From an uncultured Planctomycetaceae bacterium (lineage in GTDB: Bacteria > Planctomycetota > Planctomycetia > Isosphaerales > Isosphaeraceae), in contig CAWIAD010000002.1 in assembly GCA_963833985.1 (NCBI GenBank), positions 2,112,001-2,176,000 of the forward strand: DNA of 64,000 bases, read 5' to 3'. The translations under genes and the position numbers were made by a program. Shown one piece after another: positions 8,356 to 17,220 of this stretch. Each line of letters opens with the position of its first letter. Position 1 is the first letter of the stretch. A model generated the notes under the pieces. That model had not been told where the DNA came from. It worked only from the letters and a program-made list of their open reading frames with translations, and searched no databases.

Positions 8356-10110
8356 TCATTGAGTGCCGATTTCCTGAGGGTCACTGTCAGGAGGCACGGT
8401 CCAAAAGCCCCTGTTAAAGAGCTTTGCGAGATATTGCCGATGGGCCGGTACGAGCTTCCTAAGAGCTTCTACATCGTTTACGCCCAAGAGACCAAGAAGC
8501 CGCTCCGCGTATTTCTTGCTCTTGGCACGCAGAAGAAATTTTGGGCCATTCGCCGGCATATATAGAACGCTCCAAGGTCGCCAATACTCGAACATATCGT
8601 CTTGTGCGATAGCGAACGCTCGCATGGACAGAAAATAGTCTGCCTCAGTGAATTGTTCGCGGGGTGTCACCTTGGCCAAGTCGCCCTCGGTGTGTCGTTT
8701 CGTGAGTATCTCGGAGTGAAGACTTATCCTCCTCAGGTTTAGCCGCCGATTGCGACGCTCAAGCAGGTCAAGGTGTTCGGAAATGTCATTGAACCCAGCA
8801 ATACCCGGCTGATAATTGATGCAATTATTGGCATAAATGCCATCGCTCAGTAACTCGCCGACCGTTTCCCAGCGGTCTTCACGAATAAGCGACGCTATAA
8901 ATATGACGAATAACTCATGTCCGAGGAATTTATAGAAATCAAAGGAATATGTGTAGTAACTTCCTCCGCCTTTGGACGGGTTGGAATAGTATTCACTGAT
9001 TATATTCCCGAATGATTCATAAAGGGCGGTGGACGCTTCCTTGGCGTTCGTTACGGCAATGGTGGACGCGACACTGGCGAATTCAACACATAGAGGTATG
9101 GACTTCTCCAACGACTCGACTAACAGCTCGTCATGCTCACCAGGACCTGAGAACTCCGGAGCAATCTTCTTAAGCTCTTCGAGCAGCTCGGCCATGAAGG
9201 ACCGAACGCCCGACGACGCATCGGGGCGGCGGTCGCGAATGGCTTCTGTCACGGCGATTACCGACGCAGGCAGACCGGATGTCGGTGCCAAGGCCGCGAG
9301 TTTATGGTATACCGCGAGCAACTCCTTAAGGACGGCGGAGGCCCCTGAGCACGGTACGTGCGTAAAGGTGCCCGCCTCAGCATGGAAGAGGGATGGAATG
9401 GTGTCCGGTGGTTCGCTCGGATTGACCCAGAACGTCGGATAGTGCCTCTGCTTTGTTTTCCTAAAAACCCGGAGAATGCTCTCATCCGACCCTGAGTAAC
9501 CGAGCACCATGAGCCCATGGTCACTGAGGACCCGTGAAAGCTCTCTCTCCATTCGTCCCGTTAGTTTCTGGAGGTCAGCCGGGGTGTTCCGCAGCCGGCC
9601 AACGCCCATAGTTCCGTGAGGCTTGTAAACGCGGAATTGCTTGCAGTGGATGAGCGGCTCCGAGTGCTCAAGGTCGTCGTCGTTCGATATGACTTGGACG
9701 CTCAATCCGACCTTGGCAAGAGCTTGCTCAATGAGGTCGTCAAAGTTTGTCGTGATGATACAACGGAGTACCTTTAACCGTGCTAGTTCCGCGATAAGGA
9801 CGTGAGCTTTGCCAGGTTCTTTGGCCCGGAGCTTTTCGCGTATGAACTGTTGTTGTTCTACAGATGTACTGAAGAGTCCTCCTATTAGTTCGGAGTACTT
9901 CATGTCTTTGTAACGACTTCCAAGAAACCACGTCTGCAAGTCGGTGCCGTCGTCTACTTCATTGGTACGGAGGACAGCAGCAGTTTGAAGCATTAGATCC
10001 CAGGCCGTTGGGAGCCCCGCGTCCTTCGATAATCCAGCACCGGCAAGACACACATACTTGGCTTCGCCGGGTGTCGCACTTGTTGCCAGTTTCACGAGCG
10101 GAGGCAGCAT
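8356..10110 (-). CDS. SIR2-family NADase with bSEFIR-like C-terminal domain
   Basis: GAGLS, TTNFDDLIE, KPHG, LGYSGSD; C-terminal FDFYKFLGHELF...RNRRLNLRRISLH...EADYFL...WRPWS. Confidence 0.88.
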   Translation of the reverse strand: MLPPLVKLATSATPGEAKYVCLAGAGLSKDAGLPTAWDLMLQTAAVLRTNEVDDGTDLQTWFLGSRYKDMKYSELIGGLFSTSVEQQQFIREKLRAKEPGKAHVLIAELARLKVLRCIITTNFDDLIEQALAKVGLSVQVISNDDDLEHSEPLIHCKQFRVYKPHGTMGVGRLRNTPADLQKLTGRMERELSRVLSDHGLMVLGYSGSDESILRVFRKTKQRHYPTFWVNPSEPPDTIPSLFHAEAGTFTHVPCSGASAVLKELLAVYHKLAALAPTSGLPASVIAVTEAIRDRRPDASSGVRSFMAELLEELKKIAPEFSGPGEHDELLVESLEKSIPLCVEFASVASTIAVTNAKEASTALYESFGNIISEYYSNPSKGGGSYYTYSFDFYKFLGHELFVIFIASLIREDRWETVGELLSDGIYANNCINYQPGIAGFNDISEHLDLLERRNRRLNLRRISLHSEILTKRHTEGDLAKVTPREQFTEADYFLSMRAFAIAQDDMFEYWRPWSVLYMPANGPKFLLRAKSKKYAERLLGLLGVNDVEALRKLVPAHRQYLAKLFNRGFWTVPPDSDPQEIGTQ

Positions 10111-10152
10111 GACTTAATCCCATAGTTCGCGGTAAGGCGACGTCCGTCGGCT

Positions 10153-10470
10153 GTGGTAGCAGTATACGAAAGTTCTCTACCCCCGTCGTCAACCTGGTGG
10201 TTCCGCTCGGCACCTAGAAAATCAGTCACGCTCACATCGCATGCATTGAGGCAGAACAATGCCCTCGATATGGTGAAGAGAAGGGCCAGGGCCGCGGGCC
10301 TCTCCGAGCGGATTTGCTGCCATACGTGCCGGGCAACGGGAATCACGGCCTACCTAGGGAACGGCGGGACCATCGAGAAGGTCCAGCAAATCGCGGCTCA
10401 CGAAAGCCCGAAGGCGACGAAGCTCCATGACCTCAGGAACGTCCAAACTACGCTCGATTGCATCGAGTGA
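10153..10470 (+). pseudogene. Tyrosine recombinase C-terminal remnant
   Basis: ICCHTCRATGITAYL...AAHESPKATKLHD (catalytic Tyr replaced by His); no N-terminal domain. Confidence 0.8.
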
Positions 10471-10515
10471 ATTATGGTTTAATGCCTAACCCGCCGGAAC
10501 GGAGTCGCCAACGCC

Positions 10516-11901
10516 ATGCTGACACCGGAGCAGAGCAATCGGGCCGTTGAAGTGATGCGGGAGTATCTCGCAGCCCCACCGAATCCAGACGGACGAACGC
10601 CCCTTCAAATCCAGACTGAACTGGACAAGGACCGAGTCAAGCTCATCGAGACCGAGCTCAAACCGCTCGTCCAGAGCTACCTCAGTGGGCAGACGCCTCT
10701 GGCCGAGTTCAAGTCGAGAATCGACGGGATTAACAAGCGGAACGAGTTCTGGGGGTTCAAGGGCATCAAGGGCCAGATGTTCTTCAACATGGTCGTCAAC
10801 GTCTCCGACGATGAGGCCGAGTGTGACCAGGAGCTCAAGGCCGCCGTCGCCCTGCCCGCGGTCGAGGACATCGCCAGCAGCCGCATCAAGACGTTCCACA
10901 GCTACGTGCGGCGAATCGGCAACGAGTTCGTCGAGAGGGGAGGGTCGAAGCAGGGGCGACCCAACCCCGGGAGCATCCCGTTCTTCCTGTCCTATTTCTG
11001 GCAGATTCAGGACCGGTCGACCTGGCCCGTGTATTACACGAACAGCGTCAACACGATGATTGACCTCAACCTCTGGCAGCCAAGCGACGAGCTCGCCGTG
11101 GATTACGTCGCCTACAAGCACATCCAAGAAGAGCTCACCGCCTTCTTCACGAAAGCATCAGGCCGACCCTTCGACCTCTACGGGGTCGAGCACGTCTTCT
11201 GGTTCAAGGGCGGGAATCCCTATGGCGATGCGAAGCCACTCCGCGACGCGGAAAGGCTGACCACGCCCCAGCCCAAACCACCGGCCGTCATAGACGCCAC
11301 GTCCGTCTCCCGACTCCCCGAGAGCTATGTCCCGCCGGTTATCGCCATCTTGCCGAGCATGGCCCGTAACGAGCCCGGCTTGGAGGACGCAGCCAAGGCG
11401 TCGGGAACCAGCTTGCCGAGAGCCTTCGAGAAGAGCATCCATGCCGCCTTCACCGTCCTCGGCTATGACACGAAGCTACTCGGTCAAGGGAGTGGCCGGG
11501 TACCAGATGGGTTGGCGTTAGAGCTCGATAACTCGTACGCCATTCTCTGGGACGCCAAGACCCGTGAGGACGGCTACAGCATGGGGACCGATGACCGGGC
11601 CATCCGAGAGTACGTGATGACCCAGAGCCGGGAACTCAAGCGACGACGGGCCTTGCGGAACATCTACTACGCCATCATCTCAAGCGGATTCAAGGATGAC
11701 TACGACGACCTTATCCGTTCCATCAAGATGGAGACGGACACGAACGAGGTCTGCCTCATCGAGGCGTCTGCCCTGGTGGCAATGGTCGACGCGAAGCTCC
11801 GCAACCCTCTGCAAGTCTCTTTGGGGCCGGACGGCTTGCAGCGACTGTTCAGCAATAGCGGAATCCTTACCCCCGAGGACGTTCTTAAGAACTTCGGTTA
11901 G
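10516..11901 (+). CDS. Putative restriction endonuclease with FokI-like cleavage domain
   Basis: AFEK...LGY...GRVPDG...WDAK...GY resembles the FokI PD...DxK motif. Confidence 0.72.
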   Translation: MLTPEQSNRAVEVMREYLAAPPNPDGRTPLQIQTELDKDRVKLIETELKPLVQSYLSGQTPLAEFKSRIDGINKRNEFWGFKGIKGQMFFNMVVNVSDDEAECDQELKAAVALPAVEDIASSRIKTFHSYVRRIGNEFVERGGSKQGRPNPGSIPFFLSYFWQIQDRSTWPVYYTNSVNTMIDLNLWQPSDELAVDYVAYKHIQEELTAFFTKASGRPFDLYGVEHVFWFKGGNPYGDAKPLRDAERLTTPQPKPPAVIDATSVSRLPESYVPPVIAILPSMARNEPGLEDAAKASGTSLPRAFEKSIHAAFTVLGYDTKLLGQGSGRVPDGLALELDNSYAILWDAKTREDGYSMGTDDRAIREYVMTQSRELKRRRALRNIYYAIISSGFKDDYDDLIRSIKMETDTNEVCLIEASALVAMVDAKLRNPLQVSLGPDGLQRLFSNSGILTPEDVLKNFG

Positions 11902-11976
11902 CTCCCGCTGACCGATTACGGGTATGACGACGCCCCCATCACACGAACCGACCAGCTCCTCATTGGCTGAGACCAG

Positions 11977-12510
11977 ATGGATTCAACGAATATCGGCATT
12001 GCCGGCGAGTTCTACGTCCTAGCCCAACTCGCACAACGCGGTTTTGTGGCGTCCTTTACCCTGGCGAACACAAAGGGAATTGACATCATCGTCATCAACC
12101 CGCCCCTTGACCACTTCATCAAGCTCGAGGTGAAGACAACGAACAAACCGTCAAGGAAGGAGCGGCCATTTTCCCTGGACCCAGTGTATGGTTGGCCGAT
12201 GTCGGAGAAGCACGAGACGATTTCTGAATCCCGGATGTTCTATTGCTTCGTCGTTCTCCAAGGCCCTTCGACCCTCCCGCTCTTCTTTGTTGTCCCCTCA
12301 AGGTACGTCGCCGAGTACGTGCGTGAGCAACACCGCTATTGGGTTCGCACCCGGACAGAGCCACCAGACCCGTCGAACAAGGTGAGGCGGTTCCGCATCC
12401 ATCCGAGTGACCCGCTCGGGTTCAAGGATAATTGGCAACTGCTCGCCGGGGTATCACCCAGTCCCCAGCAATCCCACGTTATGGAACCTTGGGTCTCGCA
12501 CGAGCCCTGA
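11977..12510 (+). CDS. Small PD-(D/E)XK endonuclease
   Basis: GIAGEFYV...GIDII...LEVKT. Confidence 0.8.
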   Translation: MDSTNIGIAGEFYVLAQLAQRGFVASFTLANTKGIDIIVINPPLDHFIKLEVKTTNKPSRKERPFSLDPVYGWPMSEKHETISESRMFYCFVVLQGPSTLPLFFVVPSRYVAEYVREQHRYWVRTRTEPPDPSNKVRRFRIHPSDPLGFKDNWQLLAGVSPSPQQSHVMEPWVSHEP

Positions 12511-12521
12511 ATCGGTTCGGT

Positions 12522-12585
12522 AGCTTCGGGGACAGAAGGTGCCGGTTCAATGGCCCTGCCTGTTTGCCGGAGATAATTCCCTTTA
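12522..12585. repeat. 64-bp imperfect direct repeat, copy 1
   Basis: 54/64 ungapped identity with 13547-13610. Confidence 0.9.
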
Positions 12586-12589
12586 CCTG

Positions 12590-13375
12590 TCAGAGCGTCA
12601 CCAAGGTAGAAACAAGGACTGAAATATGGCCGAGCCCGTGCCGCTGAAGTAGAGATTCCACTCGCTCCCGAAAGGCCTCGGAGCTTCCAGGCTTCAAACG
12701 AATTCCCGTGATGAGAGTGCTCAAACGGATAGGCACAAGACAGAACACATCGCCCGCTTGAAACGCCACGTCGCTAGTTCGTGAACCAGGTCGGATGACC
12801 ACCCTGTATTCCTGCTCCGGTGCGAAGTTCGCACGCTTCCGGAACACGTGACGCATGTCGCTCACTGGTTGACCCATCTCGGTGTAGAGGTCGACCGTCT
12901 CGTCACTGAAGTAGGTCACGCCGCCCACCGTGAAACCATCATATGGGGCAATCTCACCCTCACTGGTTTTTACCAGTACAGGACCACCTGTGTAGCTCGG
13001 ATGTGACAACTCGCCCTTGAGCCTCTCGACTGTTGTCATAATCATGAGCCCATCCTCGTCACGCCTCCCAGTATAGTTGGCCCACATGTGGGGTTCCTCG
13101 GATTCACCAATCACAAAACATGTTACAAACGTAGAAAATCTATTTTCCTCATACCACGCTTTTACCTGACCACCTTGGGTCGCGTCCCCTTCTGCAAGGG
13201 ATGTCTTGCCTTCAAGTTTGTCTTCGAACTCGTTGAGCCGCCTGAGATAGAGGCTGGCGTTCTGAATCAGCGACTCGAAATGCGGTGTGTAGGGCATGTA
13301 CTTGCACAGGACCGTAGCCTCATCCAAGTTCTGGACGTTCTCATCGTTGAAGAGCTGCCGCGGAGTGAATGTCAT
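12590..13375 (-). CDS. DUF2971-like protein
   Basis: KYM, FEDKLEG, VTCF...MWANY, FRKR..F..EQEYRV. Confidence 0.75.
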   Translation of the reverse strand: MTFTPRQLFNDENVQNLDEATVLCKYMPYTPHFESLIQNASLYLRRLNEFEDKLEGKTSLAEGDATQGGQVKAWYEENRFSTFVTCFVIGESEEPHMWANYTGRRDEDGLMIMTTVERLKGELSHPSYTGGPVLVKTSEGEIAPYDGFTVGGVTYFSDETVDLYTEMGQPVSDMRHVFRKRANFAPEQEYRVVIRPGSRTSDVAFQAGDVFCLVPIRLSTLITGIRLKPGSSEAFRERVESLLQRHGLGHISVLVSTLVTL

Positions 13376-13463
13376 CGCTCATCCCTCGCTCTATCCGTTT
13401 CCAACACGCCTGAACGTCCCCATTTTACCGAGCGGCCATGGCAATAGCCCATCGCTTTGACTT

Positions 13464-13491
13464 TGGGGACATAATGGACCTTATGACCCCG
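13464..13491. other. dif-like 28-bp recombination site
   Basis: TGGGGACATAA-tggacc-TTATGACCCCG (11-6-11, CATAA/TTATG core). Confidence 0.6.
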
Positions 13492-13546
13492 AAGCCTGCC
13501 TTCCTCGACCGACCGACCGGACCAGGAGCTGCCAGAACACACCCAC

Positions 13547-13610
13547 AGCTTCGGGGACAGAAGGTACCGGTCCAACCTCCATGCCCGTGAGCCGGAGACA
13601 ATTCCCTTTA
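13547..13610. repeat. 64-bp imperfect direct repeat, copy 2
   Basis: 54/64 identity with 12522-12585. Confidence 0.9.
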
Positions 13611-13630
13611 GAAGAACGGGAGGGCGAGAC

Positions 13631-14662
13631 CTATTCAACCGTAGCGAGGCCTAATGCGGACGCAGCTTCGCGAATAACACGGCAGACCAGCTCAGTCGCT
13701 TCTTGAATCTCCTCCCGAGACATAGGGACTTCTGACCCCCGTCTCTCCCACGTGCGTACCTGTTCACGATACTTGTCGTCCACGAGGCCGAGGTTGTGGG
13801 TCAGAACGTGTCGCTTAGCGAAGACCCGCTCGAGCAGCCCACGCTCGTCGGCGGTGAGAGATGAGAATATCGCGACGCCGAGGTCTCGTGCCAAGAACTC
13901 TTGAGCCCCAGCAAGCCTCTGAAAGTTGACCTTTACCTTATCGAGCTTCTTCTCGGCCTCTTCGGGGCTGAACCGCTTCCGCACGGCGTAGCGATAGAGC
14001 ATCTTGAGGAACCCCTCGAAGAGGCTAACAACGTCCTCATAGGCGTTTCCGTACATCCTTTCCTCTGCCTGACGCCCGTGAGTTTGGCCGATACGCTCGG
14101 CTTCATCGGCCAGGACGCGAATCGTGCTGACGCTCTGTGAGAGGTGCTGGGCAATGGCTCCCTGGCCGCACCAGGGACAGTGGAAAGACAACCCATAGAC
14201 CGCGTACCGATGCTGGCAGCCGCTGCACGTGACGGTCTGCTTGAGCCTTTCCTCGACGTAATGCCGAACGGAAGGCAGCGACCCTCGCTCAACCTTGATT
14301 GAGATGAGCCCTTGGCGATGTGGCCGGAAGGCTCTCTTAAGCGTGTCGTAGACGGCCCGGGCTGCGTCCCGGAATACCATCGACATAATCCAATCAAGTT
14401 GAGCTTTCGTGTTGAAGTCCTGCATGTGACCGCCGGTGCCGCAGTACGGACAGACCAACTCCAATTGGCTTAGCTCACCCGCAGGTTCGCCTTGCTCCGG
14501 GAGTTCTAGGCTGATTTTGAAGTATCTGGGGTCGCAGTTTTCGTTCGGGCATTCCCGGCCTATCAACCCGTCTTCATCAGGCTTGAGCGGCACCTGGAAA
14601 TGCTCGATGCCATCCTCATCCCGCCCGGTCCGGAATCGCCGCATGTCATGGAAGATGTCCAT
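13631..14662 (-). CDS. Zn-finger + HEPN-like protein
   Basis: CPNENC, CPYC, CSGC, CPWC; C-terminal FQRL...RHVLTHNLG (RxxxxH). Confidence 0.75.
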   Translation of the reverse strand: MDIFHDMRRFRTGRDEDGIEHFQVPLKPDEDGLIGRECPNENCDPRYFKISLELPEQGEPAGELSQLELVCPYCGTGGHMQDFNTKAQLDWIMSMVFRDAARAVYDTLKRAFRPHRQGLISIKVERGSLPSVRHYVEERLKQTVTCSGCQHRYAVYGLSFHCPWCGQGAIAQHLSQSVSTIRVLADEAERIGQTHGRQAEERMYGNAYEDVVSLFEGFLKMLYRYAVRKRFSPEEAEKKLDKVKVNFQRLAGAQEFLARDLGVAIFSSLTADERGLLERVFAKRHVLTHNLGLVDDKYREQVRTWERRGSEVPMSREEIQEATELVCRVIREAASALGLATVE

Positions 14663-14780
14663 CGCTCGACCGCCCCACAACCTCAAAGGAAGTCCAAGCC
14701 CTGCCATCCATGATACCCAGGACCCTCCATTTGGTGAACTGAACCTCAGAATACAGGCGACCACCGGCGGACCAACCTTT

Positions 14781-14808
14781 CTAGGTCATAACGTCCTTTA
14801 TGATCTGG
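14781..14808. other. dif-like 28-bp recombination site
   Basis: CTAGGTCATAA-cgtcct-TTATGATCTGG (11-6-11). Confidence 0.6.
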
Positions 14809-15179
14809 AAACAGCCACTCCGCATCGCCTCTTTAATCCTCGAAGCCGTGAATGCATCTCGGCCACCCAAGCTACACTTTTGAACCCCGCTCTGGCCAAG
14901 AACTTCAGGGCGGCTTCCTGAGGGGCTCAAAATCCAAAGGGACTCATGACCTCACGAGGAATCGTCCTTGCGGTCGGTGACAAGTGCGTCAAGCGGGGTG
15001 GTCATGTCATCCAGGAACTGGTGTTAACCCGGCGACTCTGTCTCGTCTGCGTTTCGCGTAGTCTTGTCCGTCTGCAAGAGGGCACCATTGTGCTCGGTCC
15101 CGGCCCGTCGATCAGGCTCCAGACGTGATCGATGCTGCGAGAGCATGCCCAGGAAAGTGCCTCAGAAATCTGTCAGTCC

Positions 15180-15214
15180 ACTGACCCGGCGTTGGCAGTG
15201 GTCCTCGCTAGGAT
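15180..15214 (+). promoter_or_regulatory. Putative WYL-regulator operator and -10 element
   Basis: ACTGAC-N8-GGCAGT-N9-TAGGAT. Confidence 0.55.
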
Positions 15215-15311
15215 GCAGCCTCAGCCAATCTGACTTTGGTGATGGGACCCCCGATTGGAGACGATTCCGATCAGCCTCTACCCATCGCTGCGGATGGGGT
15301 GTGGGGCGAGC

Positions 15312-15743
15312 ATGGCGAAGAAACGGACGGACGCTGAAAGGAGAGTTCGCCAAACCGATCGGCTGGCTCGGGTCCTCCGGGTCCTTCAACTGATTCAGAG
15401 TTCGGGTCAGTGGACGGCAGAGAGCATCGCCAAGGAACTTGAGTGCTCCGAACGAACCGTCTATCGAGATCTCCAGACCCTTTCAGCAGCCGGTGTGCCT
15501 TGGTACTTCGACGACTTCAGTCAAAGCTATCGCATCAGGGAAGGATACAAAGGTCCTTTCCCGCATCTCCAAGCTCGAAGGAATAAGGCCCAGGGTTCTG
15601 CGTCGGGAGATGATGCCCGGTCCATCGCTTCTCTCGCTAAGGAAGCAGCCCAAAGACTCCTCACCGAAGCCGAGAGCGTTGTTCAAGCCTTGGATCGTCT
15701 GTCCAAGGCGATCGAGGATATGGCCGGACCGATGTCTCGTTGA
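15312..15743 (+). CDS. Winged-HTH protein (WYL-regulator N-terminal domain only)
   Basis: IAKELECSERTVYRDL; paralogous to the N-terminus of 17221-18243; helical tail, no WYL domain. Confidence 0.85.
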   Translation: MAKKRTDAERRVRQTDRLARVLRVLQLIQSSGQWTAESIAKELECSERTVYRDLQTLSAAGVPWYFDDFSQSYRIREGYKGPFPHLQARRNKAQGSASGDDARSIASLAKEAAQRLLTEAESVVQALDRLSKAIEDMAGPMSR

Positions 15744-15785
15744 GCGAAAACGACAATCTGATCTCCCACCCGCCGTCAATTCTTG

Positions 15786-15820
15786 ACTGACCCACCGATG
15801 TCAGTCTAGCCGCGTAGGCT
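15786..15820 (+). promoter_or_regulatory. Putative WYL-regulator operator and -10 element
   Basis: Perfect ACTGAC-N8-GTCAGT followed by N9-TAGGCT. Confidence 0.6.
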
Positions 15821-15858
15821 GCTATTCACGATCTCTGAAACCTCCGTGAGTAGCACCA

Positions 15859-16737
15859 ATGAACCCCTCTGCTTTCATCAAGCAACGACAGATCTTCTGG
15901 GCCCTCCGACACGGCATTGAACTCGGCGGACAATTCCGCCACGATCCTGACCCTGGCGAAGCCAACCGAGGTGAGGCGAGCTTTGTCTACGAGTTGGAGG
16001 AGAACCTGTTTGAGCCTCTGCTTCCCGAGGTACGCCGGGAATACGAGGCAGGTGACGGCGGTGAGATTCGGCCAAATCGAACTGACGGTCGTATGTACGC
16101 AGTCAACTCATCGTCGGCCCTTGTGGTGAACGTCTTCCACTACTGGCGACGTCTCGGACAGGTTGCCGACATCGCCCGGGCCTGCCAGCTTCCCTCAACG
16201 CCGATCAGTCGAATGGAGTTTGAGGCTCATTGCCCTATAGACGATCAGTTCGAGCGTGCTCCCAACCTGGACGTGGTAATCCATTATGCTCGGAAGCAGG
16301 GTCTCCAAGCTTCCGCGATTGAGAGTAAGTTCCAGGAACCATACTCAGGCCGAAGGCACAATGGGCTCTCACCAAACTACCTCGAACTGGCGAGAGTGTG
16401 GACGGACATTCCAGCTCTTCGTGAACTGGCCGAGCAAGTCTCACCGAATAACGAGCGCTTTGCCCATCTGGACGTCCCCCAACTCATCAAGCACATCCTG
16501 GGCCTCAAAGAGGCGTACTCCAAGAGCGGATTCAGGCTGCTCTATCTCTGGTATGCGTCACCCGGGCCGGAAGCCCTCAAACACGCTCAGGAGTTGGAGG
16601 AGTTCGGAGCCTTCACGAAACGCGACGAGATCGCCTTCCAGGAACTGACCTATCAGGACGTCATCCTCAGCCTGGCTCGGAACCAGCGAGCAGGTCACAC
16701 CGCCTACATCGACTATCTCATGGATCGGTACTTTTGA
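15859..16737 (+). CDS. Putative restriction endonuclease (PGN_0703-like, PD-(D/E)XK)
   Basis: SSSALVVNVF, FE, PNLDV, IESKFQEPY, QLIKH. Confidence 0.78.
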   Translation: MNPSAFIKQRQIFWALRHGIELGGQFRHDPDPGEANRGEASFVYELEENLFEPLLPEVRREYEAGDGGEIRPNRTDGRMYAVNSSSALVVNVFHYWRRLGQVADIARACQLPSTPISRMEFEAHCPIDDQFERAPNLDVVIHYARKQGLQASAIESKFQEPYSGRRHNGLSPNYLELARVWTDIPALRELAEQVSPNNERFAHLDVPQLIKHILGLKEAYSKSGFRLLYLWYASPGPEALKHAQELEEFGAFTKRDEIAFQELTYQDVILSLARNQRAGHTAYIDYLMDRYF

Positions 16738-17220
16738 ACCAGCATCGTCTGGGGCATTCGACGAACTCGTCAACGCCTATTACAGGAGCCGATCGCTGGT
16801 TCCCCGACTTACGCGAAGCAATCATATCTGGGATATTATCACATGTCAGGACCTCGGCGTCTGGGATGGTATCTCGCATCTCGACTTCAGGCCGCTCCTC
16901 CTCAAGCAACTTGCGGAAGCCTGGAGTAAGGACGCAAGTGGCCTCATGCGTCGCCCAGGCAATAACAACAAGCAACTTCCTCGCGGCCGGATCACCCCCG
17001 AGGGCAGGCTTCCTGAGCGTACACAGCAACGACGCACGGTTGGAATGCTGGAGGCCCATGGTCAAAGCCCGCTTCCGACTCTGTAGGGTGAACGTCATCG
17101 CGATATTTGACGGGCACTAACGCATGCTCGGCGAAAACCATCAGGCCCTTCAGGATCCCCCCGGAGGTTTTCTGGGCCGCGACCGAACCGTCTGACCCCC
17201 GTCTCCCAGGTGGTAGGATC

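Noticed and set aside
12522..13610. Canonical integron attC sites
   Set aside because: No RYYYAAC/GTTRRRY ends, and no IntI-specific insertion recognised in the nearby recombinases
16718..17120. Overlapping ORFs between the nuclease and WYL genes
   Set aside because: No recognisable motif or RBS; coding strand cannot be decided
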